Virus record (IMG/VR): IMGVR_UViG_3300032069_000016
Span: 1-52,440 of that record
Reading direction: 5' to 3' (one strand)
Length of the DNA: 52,440 nucleotides
DNA from: a virus
Lineage: Duplodnaviria; Caudoviricetes
Shown: positions 10,117-18,621 of the stretch, in pieces
How the letters are laid out: each line of letters begins with the position of its first letter
Position numbering within the stretch: position 1 is the stretch's first letter
Notes under the pieces: model-generated
Databases searched by the model: none
What the model was told of the DNA's origin: nothing
What the model saw: the letters and a program-made list of their open reading frames with translations, nothing else
Made by a program: the position numbers and the translations under genes

Positions 10117-10126
10117 CTTAGGTTAA

Positions 10127-10456
10127 CTACAAATGCATTTTGCCCAATTCGCTTTCATCCATCACCTTCTGCATTTCTTCGGCAACCTCCAGCGGAAAAT
10201 ACCTGTAACTGTATCCTTGCTTTCTGGCGTCAATCCAGCCGAGGGAAACTTGGAACTCTTTTTTGCATCCTTCGCAAATCGTCCTTATGCCGAACACCGA
10301 AGCCGTTCTCTCCTGCAACAGCTTCAAGTTTTCGTCTATCTTGAACACTCTGCCCATTTCGCAATGCGGGCAATAAATCTGAATGCCTATATTCCTGTTC
10401 TCCTCTCTCGGCGGAACGGTGCTCAATGACTGAACGGTTTTCATTTCTTTGCTCAT
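10127..10456 (-). CDS. Zinc-ribbon protein
   Basis: CPHC ... CEGC. Confidence 0.7.
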   Translation of the reverse strand: MSKEMKTVQSLSTVPPREENRNIGIQIYCPHCEMGRVFKIDENLKLLQERTASVFGIRTICEGCKKEFQVSLGWIDARKQGYSYRYFPLEVAEEMQKVMDESELGKMHL

Positions 10457-10635
10457 ATTATTTTTGACAACCTGTCCGCCGTTAATGCCACCTTTGTCAA
10501 TTTCAAATGAGGCAAATCTTTGCGAAGTTTGCGCAAAGCTCGGCTGACTGCTGTCGCCATATTACTTGCCTTTATCCGATACTCAAACTTTTTCGGATAC
10601 GGCATATTGACGCTGATGACGACCAAATAATTCAT
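10453..10635 (-). CDS. Small hypothetical protein
   Basis: 60 aa, coupled to the next gene, downstream of a promoter. Confidence 0.65.
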   Translation of the reverse strand: MNYLVVISVNMPYPKKFEYRIKASNMATAVSRALRKLRKDLPHLKLTKVALTADRLSKII

Positions 10636-10693
10636 TGTAATTTTTAAGGAGCTATCCTTTATTCTCGCTATATCAGATAGTCCTCATACTGTA

Positions 10694-10722
10694 AGTATAG
10701 TCCATTTCGGCTCTCTTGTCAA
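10694..10722 (-). promoter_or_regulatory. Sigma70-type promoter
   Basis: (GGTC)TTGACA-17-TATACT. Confidence 0.75.
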
Positions 10723-10764
10723 GACCCGATTTTCAAAAAAACCGCAATTTTGGCTGTTTTTCCC

Positions 10765-10804
10765 AAATAAAAGCTCCCCGTCCTACATCGGCACATCGGG
10801 GAGC
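10765..10804 (-). terminator. Intrinsic terminator
   Basis: GCTCCCCG/CGGGGAGC stem followed by TTTTATTT. Confidence 0.65.
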
Positions 10805-10855
10805 ACAAAAGTTACTTTTAGTTTTTACTACTTGACGAAATCGTCTTAACCTCTC

Positions 10856-11062
10856 CTACCTTATCATATCTCTTGACGACTTGTCAATAAGGTTATCAAC
10901 TTTTGCCTTCTGCGCGTATTTTCTGCCCCTCTCTCTGACTTTCTTCTGCCTGCAATCAAAACAGGTAGCTTTGCTTATTCGTTTATTCCTCGTTACTTCT
11001 GCGCCGCAGAATTGGCAGAGAAGGATTTGCTGGGCGAATTGTCCTTGCCCTTTTTCACTCAT
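10856..11062 (-). CDS. Small zinc-binding protein
   Basis: CQFC ... CFDC, basic tail. Confidence 0.6.
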   Translation of the reverse strand: MSEKGQGQFAQQILLCQFCGAEVTRNKRISKATCFDCRQKKVRERGRKYAQKAKVDNLIDKSSRDMIR

Positions 11063-11393
11063 TAAAAAATGACTTTAATAATTTTTCAAAAAATTCATAA
11101 GTCATAAAAACCTTTGAATCTTCCATTGGAACTCCACAAGGGTGCCAAATGATAACAAAATCCTGATAGCCCAAGCTTTCTTTCTCAACTTGCCTCATAA
11201 ACTTATTTGCCTTAAAGGTCCTTGTATTCTTACACTCAATGGTTATTGGTAGCTTGGTGGCGATATCGCCCTTCAGCCGACCGCTGCCCGAGCCAATTTC
11301 TGGACGAGCCTGAGGGTCAATCCCGGTATGCCTAAATCTCTCGGCTACCCATTTCTCTAACAACTTGCCTTTTGCCTTTGGACTTTTTAGCAT
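11055..11393 (-). CDS. Hjc-like PD-(D/E)XK Holliday junction resolvase
   Basis: KGKLLE ... SGSG ... GDI ... IECKN. Confidence 0.8.
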   Translation of the reverse strand: MLKSPKAKGKLLEKWVAERFRHTGIDPQARPEIGSGSGRLKGDIATKLPITIECKNTRTFKANKFMRQVEKESLGYQDFVIIWHPCGVPMEDSKVFMTYEFFEKLLKSFFNE

Positions 11394-11412
11394 ATCAACC
11401 CAATTTTACCAA

Positions 11413-11604
11413 CTACTCTTCATCTCTGTAAAGGACTATGAACATATAAATTGAAATGGCAATGATAATTGCCGACCAGAACAGGAACAACCAATGAAAC
11501 GGCTTGGTAACAAAAGGAAGCCAAACGCTCAGTATCAGCGTGCCAATATAGAACGGCGTAAAAATATGTTTCAGTTTCATATAATCCTGATTTTCTGCCA
11601 ACAA
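11413..11604 (-). CDS. Small protein with two TM segments
   Basis: Two hydrophobic segments. Confidence 0.6.
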   Translation of the reverse strand: MLAENQDYMKLKHIFTPFYIGTLILSVWLPFVTKPFHWLFLFWSAIIIAISIYMFIVLYRDEE

Positions 11605-11789
11605 GGGTGTTCGGCATTGCCAAAATACTCGTGGTTCAATGCGAGAAATCTCATCATCGGGCTTTGTTTCTTGAAGCTCCTTCTTTTCCCGCCCTTCTTA
11701 TCTCCTCTCGGGTGCCTGCCGCTATACCTCTGGCGCTTGGCCGAACGCCCAATAATCCGACTTGACTGCGAAAACGAGTCCATAAATCA

Positions 11790-12057
11790 AACTCTGAAAA
11801 CTGGCGATGGCGGGACAGATGGTTTAGGTCTTTACCCGCAAGCTTCAGCGATGTGATACTAACCAATTTTAATCTTTTGCGATTATTGGTTTGCCTCTAC
11901 TGCCTCCCACTTCCTGCCTCAACCACTTGGTCGTTGGCTTAGACGACAGCGTTTCAACTATCGGCATCAGGGATTCAGCTTCCGCCGTCCCCCACAGGGA
12001 GAGCCCTTTACGCCATATCACAAGCGTTATTCAGGCACACCGCCAGATTTCAAAGTT
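11790..12057 (-). ncRNA. Candidate structured ncRNA with tRNA-like ends
   Basis: 20-bp closing stem with 1 mismatch, containing GGCGGTG/CATCGCC+A; adjacent GCGGG/CCCGC stem; inner TGTGATA/TATCACA stem. Confidence 0.55.
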
Positions 12058-12060
12058 CAT

Positions 12061-12315
12061 TTACGAATTGATGCGATAATTTTGAGGCAAAGTGCCATTT
12101 CGGTTTCGCCACCATTGACGGTCATATACCCTTATTTCATCACGATGTTCATTAACCCATCTCGTCTGCAATCGCAACTGATTCTTAAAACTACATCCGA
12201 TTCTTCTCCTCGCACTACCACAAAATCTTTGATGTGGCTGGCGATACGATTTCAAAAATGGATGACCACACATTTCGCATTTCCCTTTGTAATTATACCC
12301 TTTTGGCTTACTCAT
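12061..12315 (-). CDS. Zinc-binding basic protein
   Basis: CEMC ... RFCGS ... C. Confidence 0.6.
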   Translation of the reverse strand: MSKPKGYNYKGKCEMCGHPFLKSYRQPHQRFCGSARRRIGCSFKNQLRLQTRWVNEHRDEIRVYDRQWWRNRNGTLPQNYRINS

Positions 12316-12558
12316 TTATGGTATTTCAACTCCCAATGCTTTCAGCTTTTCCAGCTTCTCCAATTTTTCATCTTCTCCCATTGTCCTTGATAACGCTTGC
12401 TGGCAAGCCGCCGACAACTCCTGAACCCTGTAATCAAAATGCTTGAGGCCGTTGAGCTTCCCCAGAACATACTGGCAAAAAGTAATTCTGGTCATTTCTC
12501 TGAATGTTATTCCGCCCCAGTTCGTATCAAGCAATTGATTGCGTTCGTCAAAATTCAT
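12316..12558 (-). CDS. Hypothetical protein
   Basis: 80 aa in a tightly packed array. Confidence 0.65.
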   Translation of the reverse strand: MNFDERNQLLDTNWGGITFREMTRITFCQYVLGKLNGLKHFDYRVQELSAACQQALSRTMGEDEKLEKLEKLKALGVEIP

Positions 12559-12769
12559 ATTTTTTCTTTAGCGCTTCCGTCATCTTTATAACTGCTTCTT
12601 TTCGGTGCTGGGAGCAAAGAGTTATATTCGCAAAACCAAACCTTGCCCAGAAATAAGATGCTCCCTCTAAACGAATGTCAACCATTTCTTGGCTAACCCA
12701 GTCTTTCTCGCCTTCTGGATAACCCGCTTCCTTACCGCAATCTTTCACATCACATAAGTATTTAATCAT
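12548..12769 (-). CDS. Zinc-binding hypothetical protein
   Basis: CDVKDC ... LCSQH. Confidence 0.65.
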   Translation of the reverse strand: MIKYLCDVKDCGKEAGYPEGEKDWVSQEMVDIRLEGASYFWARFGFANITLCSQHRKEAVIKMTEALKKKYEF

Positions 12770-12876
12770 AAATACCTCATTATTTCAGTTATTTGGCTAT
12801 TCTGTCAATTTACCGAAACGATTGCTAAAAACATAATAGATAAGCCATTTTTTGATTTGCTGATAGATACATTCTA

Positions 12877-12963
12877 ACATCTGGCGACAGCAAACGGAAA
12901 TCGCTTCCCACGGGGCTACGCCCCAAGCTTCCGTCTAAGCGTATAAAGCTTGTCGCCAGCTGT
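12877..12963 (-). ncRNA. Candidate structured RNA
   Basis: CTGGCGACA/TGTCGCCAG closing stem; inner ACGGAA/TTCCGT and GGGGC-GTA-GCCCC. Confidence 0.45.
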
Positions 12964-13129
12964 CAAAATACAATTCTCCGACCAATATGCCGTAATTACG
13001 ACCAGCCGAGAATTGTTGTGAATAATCCTCATCAGTTAAGTTTGACATCTCAAACAAGAACCAAAGAAACCAGCTACAATTTCGCACATACCAGTCGGTA
13101 TTCTCATTATACCCGTTTCTTCAGCTTTT

Positions 13130-13861
13130 TTAATATAGTCCATAAACTTTCAGCTTATACTTTTTGCACAAATGTGCCCACGCCTCGCTTATCGGCAAAC
13201 TACTAACCAATTTCAGTTCCCTTTCCTTGCACCATTTTATCAACTCCTCAATCGTTTCCGAAGCGTGTCCTTTGCCTTCTTCGTGGCTTGTAATAAACTG
13301 GATATTCAATTCTTTATCAAATATAGCCAAATGAACTACGCAGGATTTATGTCTTGCCACCCAAATCGGGTCTAACCACATTGGCAATCTTTCCTCTTGA
13401 ATAACGGTTAGGGATTTTAGTTTTTCCACAATCAATCTCACAATTAGATTTTGCCACTCTTTTTTTACTTTCTGGCTTTCGGGCATTACTTTAACGCTTT
13501 CTGGAACTTCAAAACTTTGAACGATACTTATTGCTTTTTCTTTTTCCTTCTCTCTGGTCTCGTTGAGGAGGCAAGGGATAAGGTCAAATAATTTATTTAC
13601 TCTTGATTTATGGTCTTTGATTACATTCTCACTTTTTACTGCTCGCAAAACACAAAACATAGAGGTTTTGAAACCTTGCAATGTTTCTTCCCAATCCAGC
13701 TGGGCAGTGTTCTCTACTTTTTGTTTTGGGTTATCTTTCATAGTTTTAATCTTATTTGGATTGTTCGGACAATTCCACTCGTGGTTACCAGCAGTATCTT
13801 GTTGGCAACAAGTACAACTTATCGGCTCATATATTTTATTTCCTGCTGTATCGTAAATCAT
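13130..13861 (-). CDS. Composite protein: Cys-rich N-terminus, central domain, C-terminal GNAT acetyltransferase-like domain
   Basis: IQFITSHEEGKGHASETIEELIKWC resembles GNAT motif A; internal Met codons at domain borders. Confidence 0.6.
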   Translation of the reverse strand: MIYDTAGNKIYEPISCTCCQQDTAGNHEWNCPNNPNKIKTMKDNPKQKVENTAQLDWEETLQGFKTSMFCVLRAVKSENVIKDHKSRVNKLFDLIPCLLNETREKEKEKAISIVQSFEVPESVKVMPESQKVKKEWQNLIVRLIVEKLKSLTVIQEERLPMWLDPIWVARHKSCVVHLAIFDKELNIQFITSHEEGKGHASETIEELIKWCKERELKLVSSLPISEAWAHLCKKYKLKVYGLY

Positions 13862-13932
13862 CTTCTTTATCTTAATTAGGTTCTAATGGCCATTTGAGTG
13901 CTCGTAGTTGGGTTTTTAAAGATTTTGGCTTT

Positions 13933-14133
13933 TTATTTTTTAACCACCTCTGCTCCGCCCATTAAAGCAAAAATCCTAATACTTCGGGGGTCAACTTCCT
14001 TTCTTTTAAGAAGTTTCTTTACTTCTTTAATCATTTCTCTACGAGTTCTGCAGAAAATAACAGCCGTAATACCTGTTGACCAAGTATTTATGCTACTTGC
14101 ATCTGTCCAACTTGTTATATAGTTTGTTACCAT
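13933..14133 (-). CDS. Hypothetical protein
   Basis: 66 aa. Confidence 0.55.
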   Translation of the reverse strand: MVTNYITSWTDASSINTWSTGITAVIFCRTRREMIKEVKKLLKRKEVDPRSIRIFALMGGAEVVKK

Positions 14134-14157
14134 ACATGGTTCTAATTAGGGACTGAT

Positions 14158-14315
14158 AAGCTGGGTGCCGGGGATGGGTTTCCCAATTCCCGTTACTCCT
14201 TGACGAAAGGCGGACTGGCGGACTTACGACCGACGCATCTTAAGGGCTAAAGTTGTCATCTTGGCCCCGCAAGAGCATTTTTTACGCCCTCCTCACCTTC
14301 CCCAGCACTCAACTT
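14158..14315 (-). ncRNA. Candidate structured ncRNA with tRNA-acceptor-like ends
   Basis: 17-bp closing stem AAGTTGAGTGCTGGGGA/TCCCCGGCACCCAGCTT; G-U pairs work on the minus strand. Confidence 0.5.
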
Positions 14316-14333
14316 GCCAATCCTTTATTTTAA

Positions 14334-14693
14334 TCAACTGAAGTTAAAGACAATCTCAACAGGAACAACTTTTTCATATCCGCTGCAATCTCCCAACGCC
14401 TGCTTTTTCTTATTAAAAATCGCCAAAATCGCTATATTCAAAACACCGTATTCTCTAATTTTGAGATTCTTAGTAAGATTCTTCTTGCCGATTATTGCCC
14501 ACGCCTTTATTGTTTTTGTTTTCTTTTTCATTTCTTTATCTTGATTAGGTTCTAACGACCTTCCCAAGTTATATGCCACATCGTAAACATTACTAATAAA
14601 TTTGATAAGGTCTTCTTCACAGTCGTCCCAAGAATTAAACAGAGAACTATCCTTATATTTACTTTTGAATTTTTTTATTATTTCTTCTTTCAT
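14334..14693 (-). CDS. Hypothetical protein, apparently two fused cassettes
   Basis: Internal junction motif encoding LEPNQDKE followed by M at 14531. Confidence 0.6.
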   Translation of the reverse strand: MKEEIIKKFKSKYKDSSLFNSWDDCEEDLIKFISNVYDVAYNLGRSLEPNQDKEMKKKTKTIKAWAIIGKKNLTKNLKIREYGVLNIAILAIFNKKKQALGDCSGYEKVVPVEIVFNFS

Positions 14694-14705
14694 TTAGAAT
14701 TACTT

Positions 14706-14918
14706 TTATATTTCTCTAAAAATTAGTTTTGATTTTGGATTATCGCCATCTGTATCAAACCACAAGGACTCTGGAAAACCCTTTTGCATTTCAACCATAA
14801 CCACAATTCGTCCGCTCGGCATAATGGCGAACTCCTCTACTTTTATGTTGGGATATTCCTTTTTTGCCCATTCTTCTTTGAAGACCACTTTTACTGGAAT
14901 CTTCATTTCTTTTTTCAT
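14706..14918 (-). CDS. Hypothetical protein
   Basis: 70 aa. Confidence 0.65.
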   Translation of the reverse strand: MKKEMKIPVKVVFKEEWAKKEYPNIKVEEFAIMPSGRIVVMVEMQKGFPESLWFDTDGDNPKSKLIFREI

Positions 14919-14946
14919 TAAGAATTGCTTTTATATTTCTCTGGGA

Positions 14947-15045
14947 TTATTTTTGCCAAAACTTCCAGTTATCCAATCTGCCCACAAGATAGCCGATAAC
15001 GAGGCCGAATAGAACGCCCAAAATATAAGCGATTACTTCTTTCAT
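14947..15045 (-). CDS. 32-aa single-TM protein (below the ORF-track cutoff)
   Basis: MKEVIAYILGVLFGLVIGYLVGRLDNWKFWQK, starting right after the upstream stop. Confidence 0.55.
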   Translation of the reverse strand: MKEVIAYILGVLFGLVIGYLVGRLDNWKFWQK

Positions 15046-15046
15046 A

Positions 15047-15316
15047 TTAGAAGCAATAATACTGAATGTAATCCTCTTTGCGCTTCTTCGCCCACTCTAT
15101 ATCCCGCATCAGACGCTCAACAAGATATTCGGTATCCGCTTTTGAACTGACGGCTAAATTGGACAGCTCTTTTCCTTTCAAATCCTTTTTCAATAACTTG
15201 ACCGCTTCTTCCAGTGCTTTCACGGGCAACTCAATAATACCCGTGCCTTCGTTCAGCCCTTCAAAGAAGTTATATTCCTTATCAAAGAATTCTACCAAAC
15301 CTGTATCGTGCCACAA
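15047..15316 (-). CDS. Hypothetical protein; frame is open up to 15376 without an ATG
   Basis: ORF track plus upstream in-frame KSVRAYRVNKIDYEEGETFN. Confidence 0.6.
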   Translation of the reverse strand: MWHDTGLVEFFDKEYNFFEGLNEGTGIIELPVKALEEAVKLLKKDLKGKELSNLAVSSKADTEYLVERLMRDIEWAKKRKEDYIQYYCF

Positions 15317-15365
15317 ATTGAATGTCTCGCCTTCCTCGTAGTCAATTTTGTTTACCCTGTAAGCC

Positions 15366-15956
15366 CTAACGCTCTTCTATATTTGGCAACTCTGAAAAAT
15401 CAAACTCGCCGTTGCGGTCATACCAGACATAATAAACTGGTAATCCATACTTGGCGTTCTTTGATTTGTTCAAGTCGCTTTGCATATTAAACGCTTTGTA
15501 GCTTTCTGGTTTTAACTGAACCCCGAACTCCTCCGGGATAATAATATCCACTGCGTATTTCAAATCCTCATCTGCTCCGCTTAACCTCGCCGTCGGATAA
15601 CTCGGTTTCAATAGCTCAACGCATTTTCTCTCCCTGACAAAGCCGAGCCAGCTATCCGTTACGAATACTTTGTAGATATACTCGTAGCACTCCGTTGCCG
15701 AGGCGATGAACCCTTCAAACTGGCAAAGCATCTGCAAAATATGCGACAAGTCAAATAAGCTCTTAATCTTGACCGAGTAGTCAAATATGATTACCCGACA
15801 GAGCAGATTGTTTTTTATCCTCGCTTCTACTTCTTTCGCCAGCTCTTGCTCGTTGGTAATCTCCCTTGAACGCAGAATCCAACTTATGTTCACGGTGTGG
15901 CGAACCGCATTGAGGCGATATTTGTTAAATACCTTATTAAGCTCGTGTGGGGTCAT
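15366..15956 (-). CDS. Restriction-endonuclease-like PD-(D/E)XK protein (MjaI-like)
   Basis: DLKYAVDII ... GVQLKPESY. Confidence 0.55.
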   Translation of the reverse strand: MTPHELNKVFNKYRLNAVRHTVNISWILRSREITNEQELAKEVEARIKNNLLCRVIIFDYSVKIKSLFDLSHILQMLCQFEGFIASATECYEYIYKVFVTDSWLGFVRERKCVELLKPSYPTARLSGADEDLKYAVDIIIPEEFGVQLKPESYKAFNMQSDLNKSKNAKYGLPVYYVWYDRNGEFDFSELPNIEER

Positions 15957-16360
15957 CTTAATTCTTTTAATTTGAGCAACTTGACCGTCTTGTTGTGTCC
16001 TCTAATGGCCTCTTTCCAAGTGTGGTATCTCTGGGAATAATCGTCAAACGACTTGCAATACGGGAACTTCCTGCCCTTATAAGTGTGGTAACTCATTCGC
16101 CGACTGAACACCATCGTCTCAAATAGAACTGGCCTCTTGCTCCGCAGAGAAAAGTTGGAATCATACCCGAGAAATACGGTGCTGACCCAGAACCTTCTAC
16201 CGACATTCTCCCCTCTGATGATTCTATTCTTTGTATTCTCAATCCACTTCGCCCACTTCATCAAATTGGGTTCTGGGACTGGTCTTTCCCCGACCAGAAT
16301 AAATTTATACTCCGCCCGTTTTACTCTCCTCTTTTTTGATTTTGATTTCTTCTTCTTCAT
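15953..16360 (-). CDS. Conserved phage hypothetical protein
   Basis: VSTVFLG ... LFETMVF ... RYHTWKEAIRGH pattern. Confidence 0.75.
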   Translation of the reverse strand: MKKKKSKSKKRRVKRAEYKFILVGERPVPEPNLMKWAKWIENTKNRIIRGENVGRRFWVSTVFLGYDSNFSLRSKRPVLFETMVFSRRMSYHTYKGRKFPYCKSFDDYSQRYHTWKEAIRGHNKTVKLLKLKELR

Positions 16361-16583
16361 TTTTAATTACTCGCATTGCTTGAACTAATTTTGCTCTTTT
16401 TAATTCCTTGCTATCGCCCACTATTAAATACCACAGTGGAGCGAGCCAACCTATCAAAATACCTGCGGCGATGGCATAAGCGACATTCCGTCCTCTCTTG
16501 ATGGCCATCTCCCGAGCAACCAAAATTGCGCTAAGCCAAATTGCTAACCAAAATACTGTTCCCATAATGCACCTCCTTTCCAA
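16305..16583 (-). CDS. Small membrane protein
   Basis: Two TM segments around AIKRGRN. Confidence 0.6.
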   Translation of the reverse strand: MERRCIMGTVFWLAIWLSAILVAREMAIKRGRNVAYAIAAGILIGWLAPLWYLIVGDSKELKRAKLVQAMRVIKNEEEEIKIKKEESKTGGV

Positions 16584-16608
16584 ACTACTTGAATCTTCTC
16601 CTGCGCCG

Positions 16609-17259
16609 CTAATTTATTACGGGGATTTCAACCTCTTCTATCGGCTTCCCCGTCTTTGGCTCAACGGCAGATTCAATTTCCTCCGCTGAAACCTGCTCAA
16701 CAACTTTGCCTTTCTTGCCCTTGATTGTCCCCATACCGACCAGTTCCAATATCGCTCTGTTCTTTGCTCTCGTTACCGCTTGGGCATAAATGTCGTGGAA
16801 CCAATGGGCGAACTGTCTTTCCGTTGATGAGCAGTGTCCGTCTCCATCCCGATACTGGCCGTTCGGAGCGCTTGCTCTGACAACTATGTGCCATCCGACT
16901 ACCGTGCTGTCCTTCACAGACCCGTCTGGATTGGTAACCCTCTTGGTTACTGCCTCCTTCTCAGCTTTGACAATCTCAACATTCAGACCGAACATCCGAG
17001 CCAGTTTATTGGCGAATTGCTTTGTCGGGTGCCACTTGCCCTTAATGTCCACAATGTCCCCTTCGGTAATAATCGCTTCGCATAACTCCTGATACTGGGT
17101 ATAAATATCTCTGGCTTGCTTTGGGGTCATTATCGGCATTATCGGCTGGGTAACTACAATCTCACCGCTTGGATTCAAGACCAATGCCCTTGACGGCTCT
17201 GGCGTTGAATTGTTCTTTACTTCTGGCGTTGCCGCTTTTTTGAATTGTTTTTTATACAT
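16609..17259 (-). CDS. Putative ssDNA-annealing protein (Rad52-like superfamily)
   Basis: GDGHCS ... AQAVTRAKNRAI ... VSAEE; near the exonuclease; start moved to MYKKQ. Confidence 0.55.
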   Translation of the reverse strand: MYKKQFKKAATPEVKNNSTPEPSRALVLNPSGEIVVTQPIMPIMTPKQARDIYTQYQELCEAIITEGDIVDIKGKWHPTKQFANKLARMFGLNVEIVKAEKEAVTKRVTNPDGSVKDSTVVGWHIVVRASAPNGQYRDGDGHCSSTERQFAHWFHDIYAQAVTRAKNRAILELVGMGTIKGKKGKVVEQVSAEEIESAVEPKTGKPIEEVEIPVIN

Positions 17260-17394
17260 TGTCTTAACATTTTGCTGGTTGCTTTTTCTCCGCGGCGTCC
17301 GACCTTTGGTGTTCATTGAGAACGCCATCGCCGTGTTCCATTATTTTTTTTATATTGGCTAACATTTTATCTATCAGCTCGTCCTGCTCCTGCA

Positions 17395-17676
17395 TTAACT
17401 TGTTGGTCTTATCCAAAAGCTTTGACAGCTTGAATTCAAATAAAGTTCAATATCATCCAACTGGCTATGAGTTAAAGCATCCCTATCGTTCAAAACACAT
17501 CTTATGGCAGGCGAAAAGAATGCGCCACAATCAATACACATATACGGTTTTCTATTCCTATGAGGACAAAACCCCTCTCGTCCGCGCAAGGCATATCTCC
17601 ATAATGTATCCGAATGGACTATGCCTTTCCGACAGAATCTTCTTAACCATCTTATCCGTAAATTGTCTTTTTTCAT
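17395..17676 (-). CDS. Cys-rich hypothetical protein, possibly frameshifted at its 3' end
   Basis: CPH ... CIDC; the -1 frame stays open to 17264. Confidence 0.5.
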   Translation of the reverse strand: MKKDNLRIRWLRRFCRKGIVHSDTLWRYALRGREGFCPHRNRKPYMCIDCGAFFSPAIRCVLNDRDALTHSQLDDIELYLNSSCQSFWIRPTS

Positions 17677-17691
17677 AATTTGTCTTTCGCC

Positions 17692-18534
17692 TTATTCTAC
17701 TGGAATTATTTCAGTGGCTGTTCCGCCTCGGCCGTATTTTTCTATAAACTTATTTACTCCTAATCTGTATAACTCCTTATGGTATCCGCGGGCTTCATAT
17801 CCGCAGTTATTCGCCCTACAAGTCCAATCGTTGCTGGAGTGGATGCAGTAAAAGTTATTCTCGTCTATTGCTTTCTTGACTAAAGCGACATTTGTCAGAA
17901 AGCGTTTGATGTCCTCCTCGCCTCTCTGGGTCTTCATTACGACTATCTTCGGAATCTTTGTCGTTACCAAATAGTCCAGCTGAAGTCCTTTCTCTTTCTT
18001 CTTGAATGTTTCCCGATAGCCCAAAGCATAGGCGGTTAACTGCTGGTCATTACTTATCTCCACCTGATTGGGGGTTGCGCGGGTCGTTTTATGGTCAATT
18101 ACATTTCCTTTGTCATCAACCAAGTCAATGTAGCCCACAAGCGAATAGTCGGTATTCTTAAAATCCACATCAAAGCGGCTTTCAATTTCAACGGGCATAA
18201 CTTGGGGCATTCTTTCTCGGCGATACTCTCTCAATACCCGCACTCCCGAATCAATCAGGTCTGCTGGTTTCTCGCCTTCTTTGAATTCAACTTCCTCTTC
18301 AAATTCCTTGTTGATGTCCCCCTCGTAAACTTCAAGAAATGTTTTTTCTTCTATGTCTTTTGCGTTTGCCCTTTTGTAAGTGTAAGCGTGAGCCAATGTC
18401 TTATGGATTGAGCGGCCTTGAATCATAGCGGACGGCGGGGGCACGACTATATTACAAATGTAGCGGAAAAGCCAATGAGCAGGGCATTTTACAAAGGTTA
18501 TTATCTGGCTGTAACTAATATGCTTTTTTTCCAT
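17692..18534 (-). CDS. Cas4/RecB-like PD-(D/E)XK exonuclease
   Basis: ISYSQI..FVKCP, GRSIH, GYIDL, IDHKT, QLTAY, C-terminal Cys cluster; start at MEKKH. Confidence 0.85.
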   Translation of the reverse strand: MEKKHISYSQIITFVKCPAHWLFRYICNIVVPPPSAMIQGRSIHKTLAHAYTYKRANAKDIEEKTFLEVYEGDINKEFEEEVEFKEGEKPADLIDSGVRVLREYRRERMPQVMPVEIESRFDVDFKNTDYSLVGYIDLVDDKGNVIDHKTTRATPNQVEISNDQQLTAYALGYRETFKKKEKGLQLDYLVTTKIPKIVVMKTQRGEEDIKRFLTNVALVKKAIDENNFYCIHSSNDWTCRANNCGYEARGYHKELYRLGVNKFIEKYGRGGTATEIIPVE

Positions 18535-18600
18535 AAAACTAAAACCCCACCGAGATAAGCGGCGGGGTTGTTTACAAGTATATGCCTGACCGCTTATCTC
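18535..18600 (-). promoter_or_regulatory. Terminator/antiterminator (attenuator-like) leader
   Basis: AACCCCGCCG/CGGTGGGGTT+TTAGTTTT overlaps an 11-bp alternative stem GAGATAAGCGG/CCGCTTATCTC. Confidence 0.55.
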
Positions 18601-18621
18601 AATCAAGTGTCTTATTATTTA

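Noticed and set aside
11745-12014. 16S rRNA-like words (CGGATTATTGGGCG, GGCGTAAAGGG)
   Set aside because: Too short, in the wrong order, and no surrounding rRNA similarity
11790-14315. Canonical tRNA genes
   Set aside because: The structured elements lack a TTC loop, a 7-nt anticodon loop and a standard D-arm
17692-18534. Cas4-like gene as evidence of CRISPR-Cas
   Set aside because: No array or other cas genes; the context is a phage recombination module
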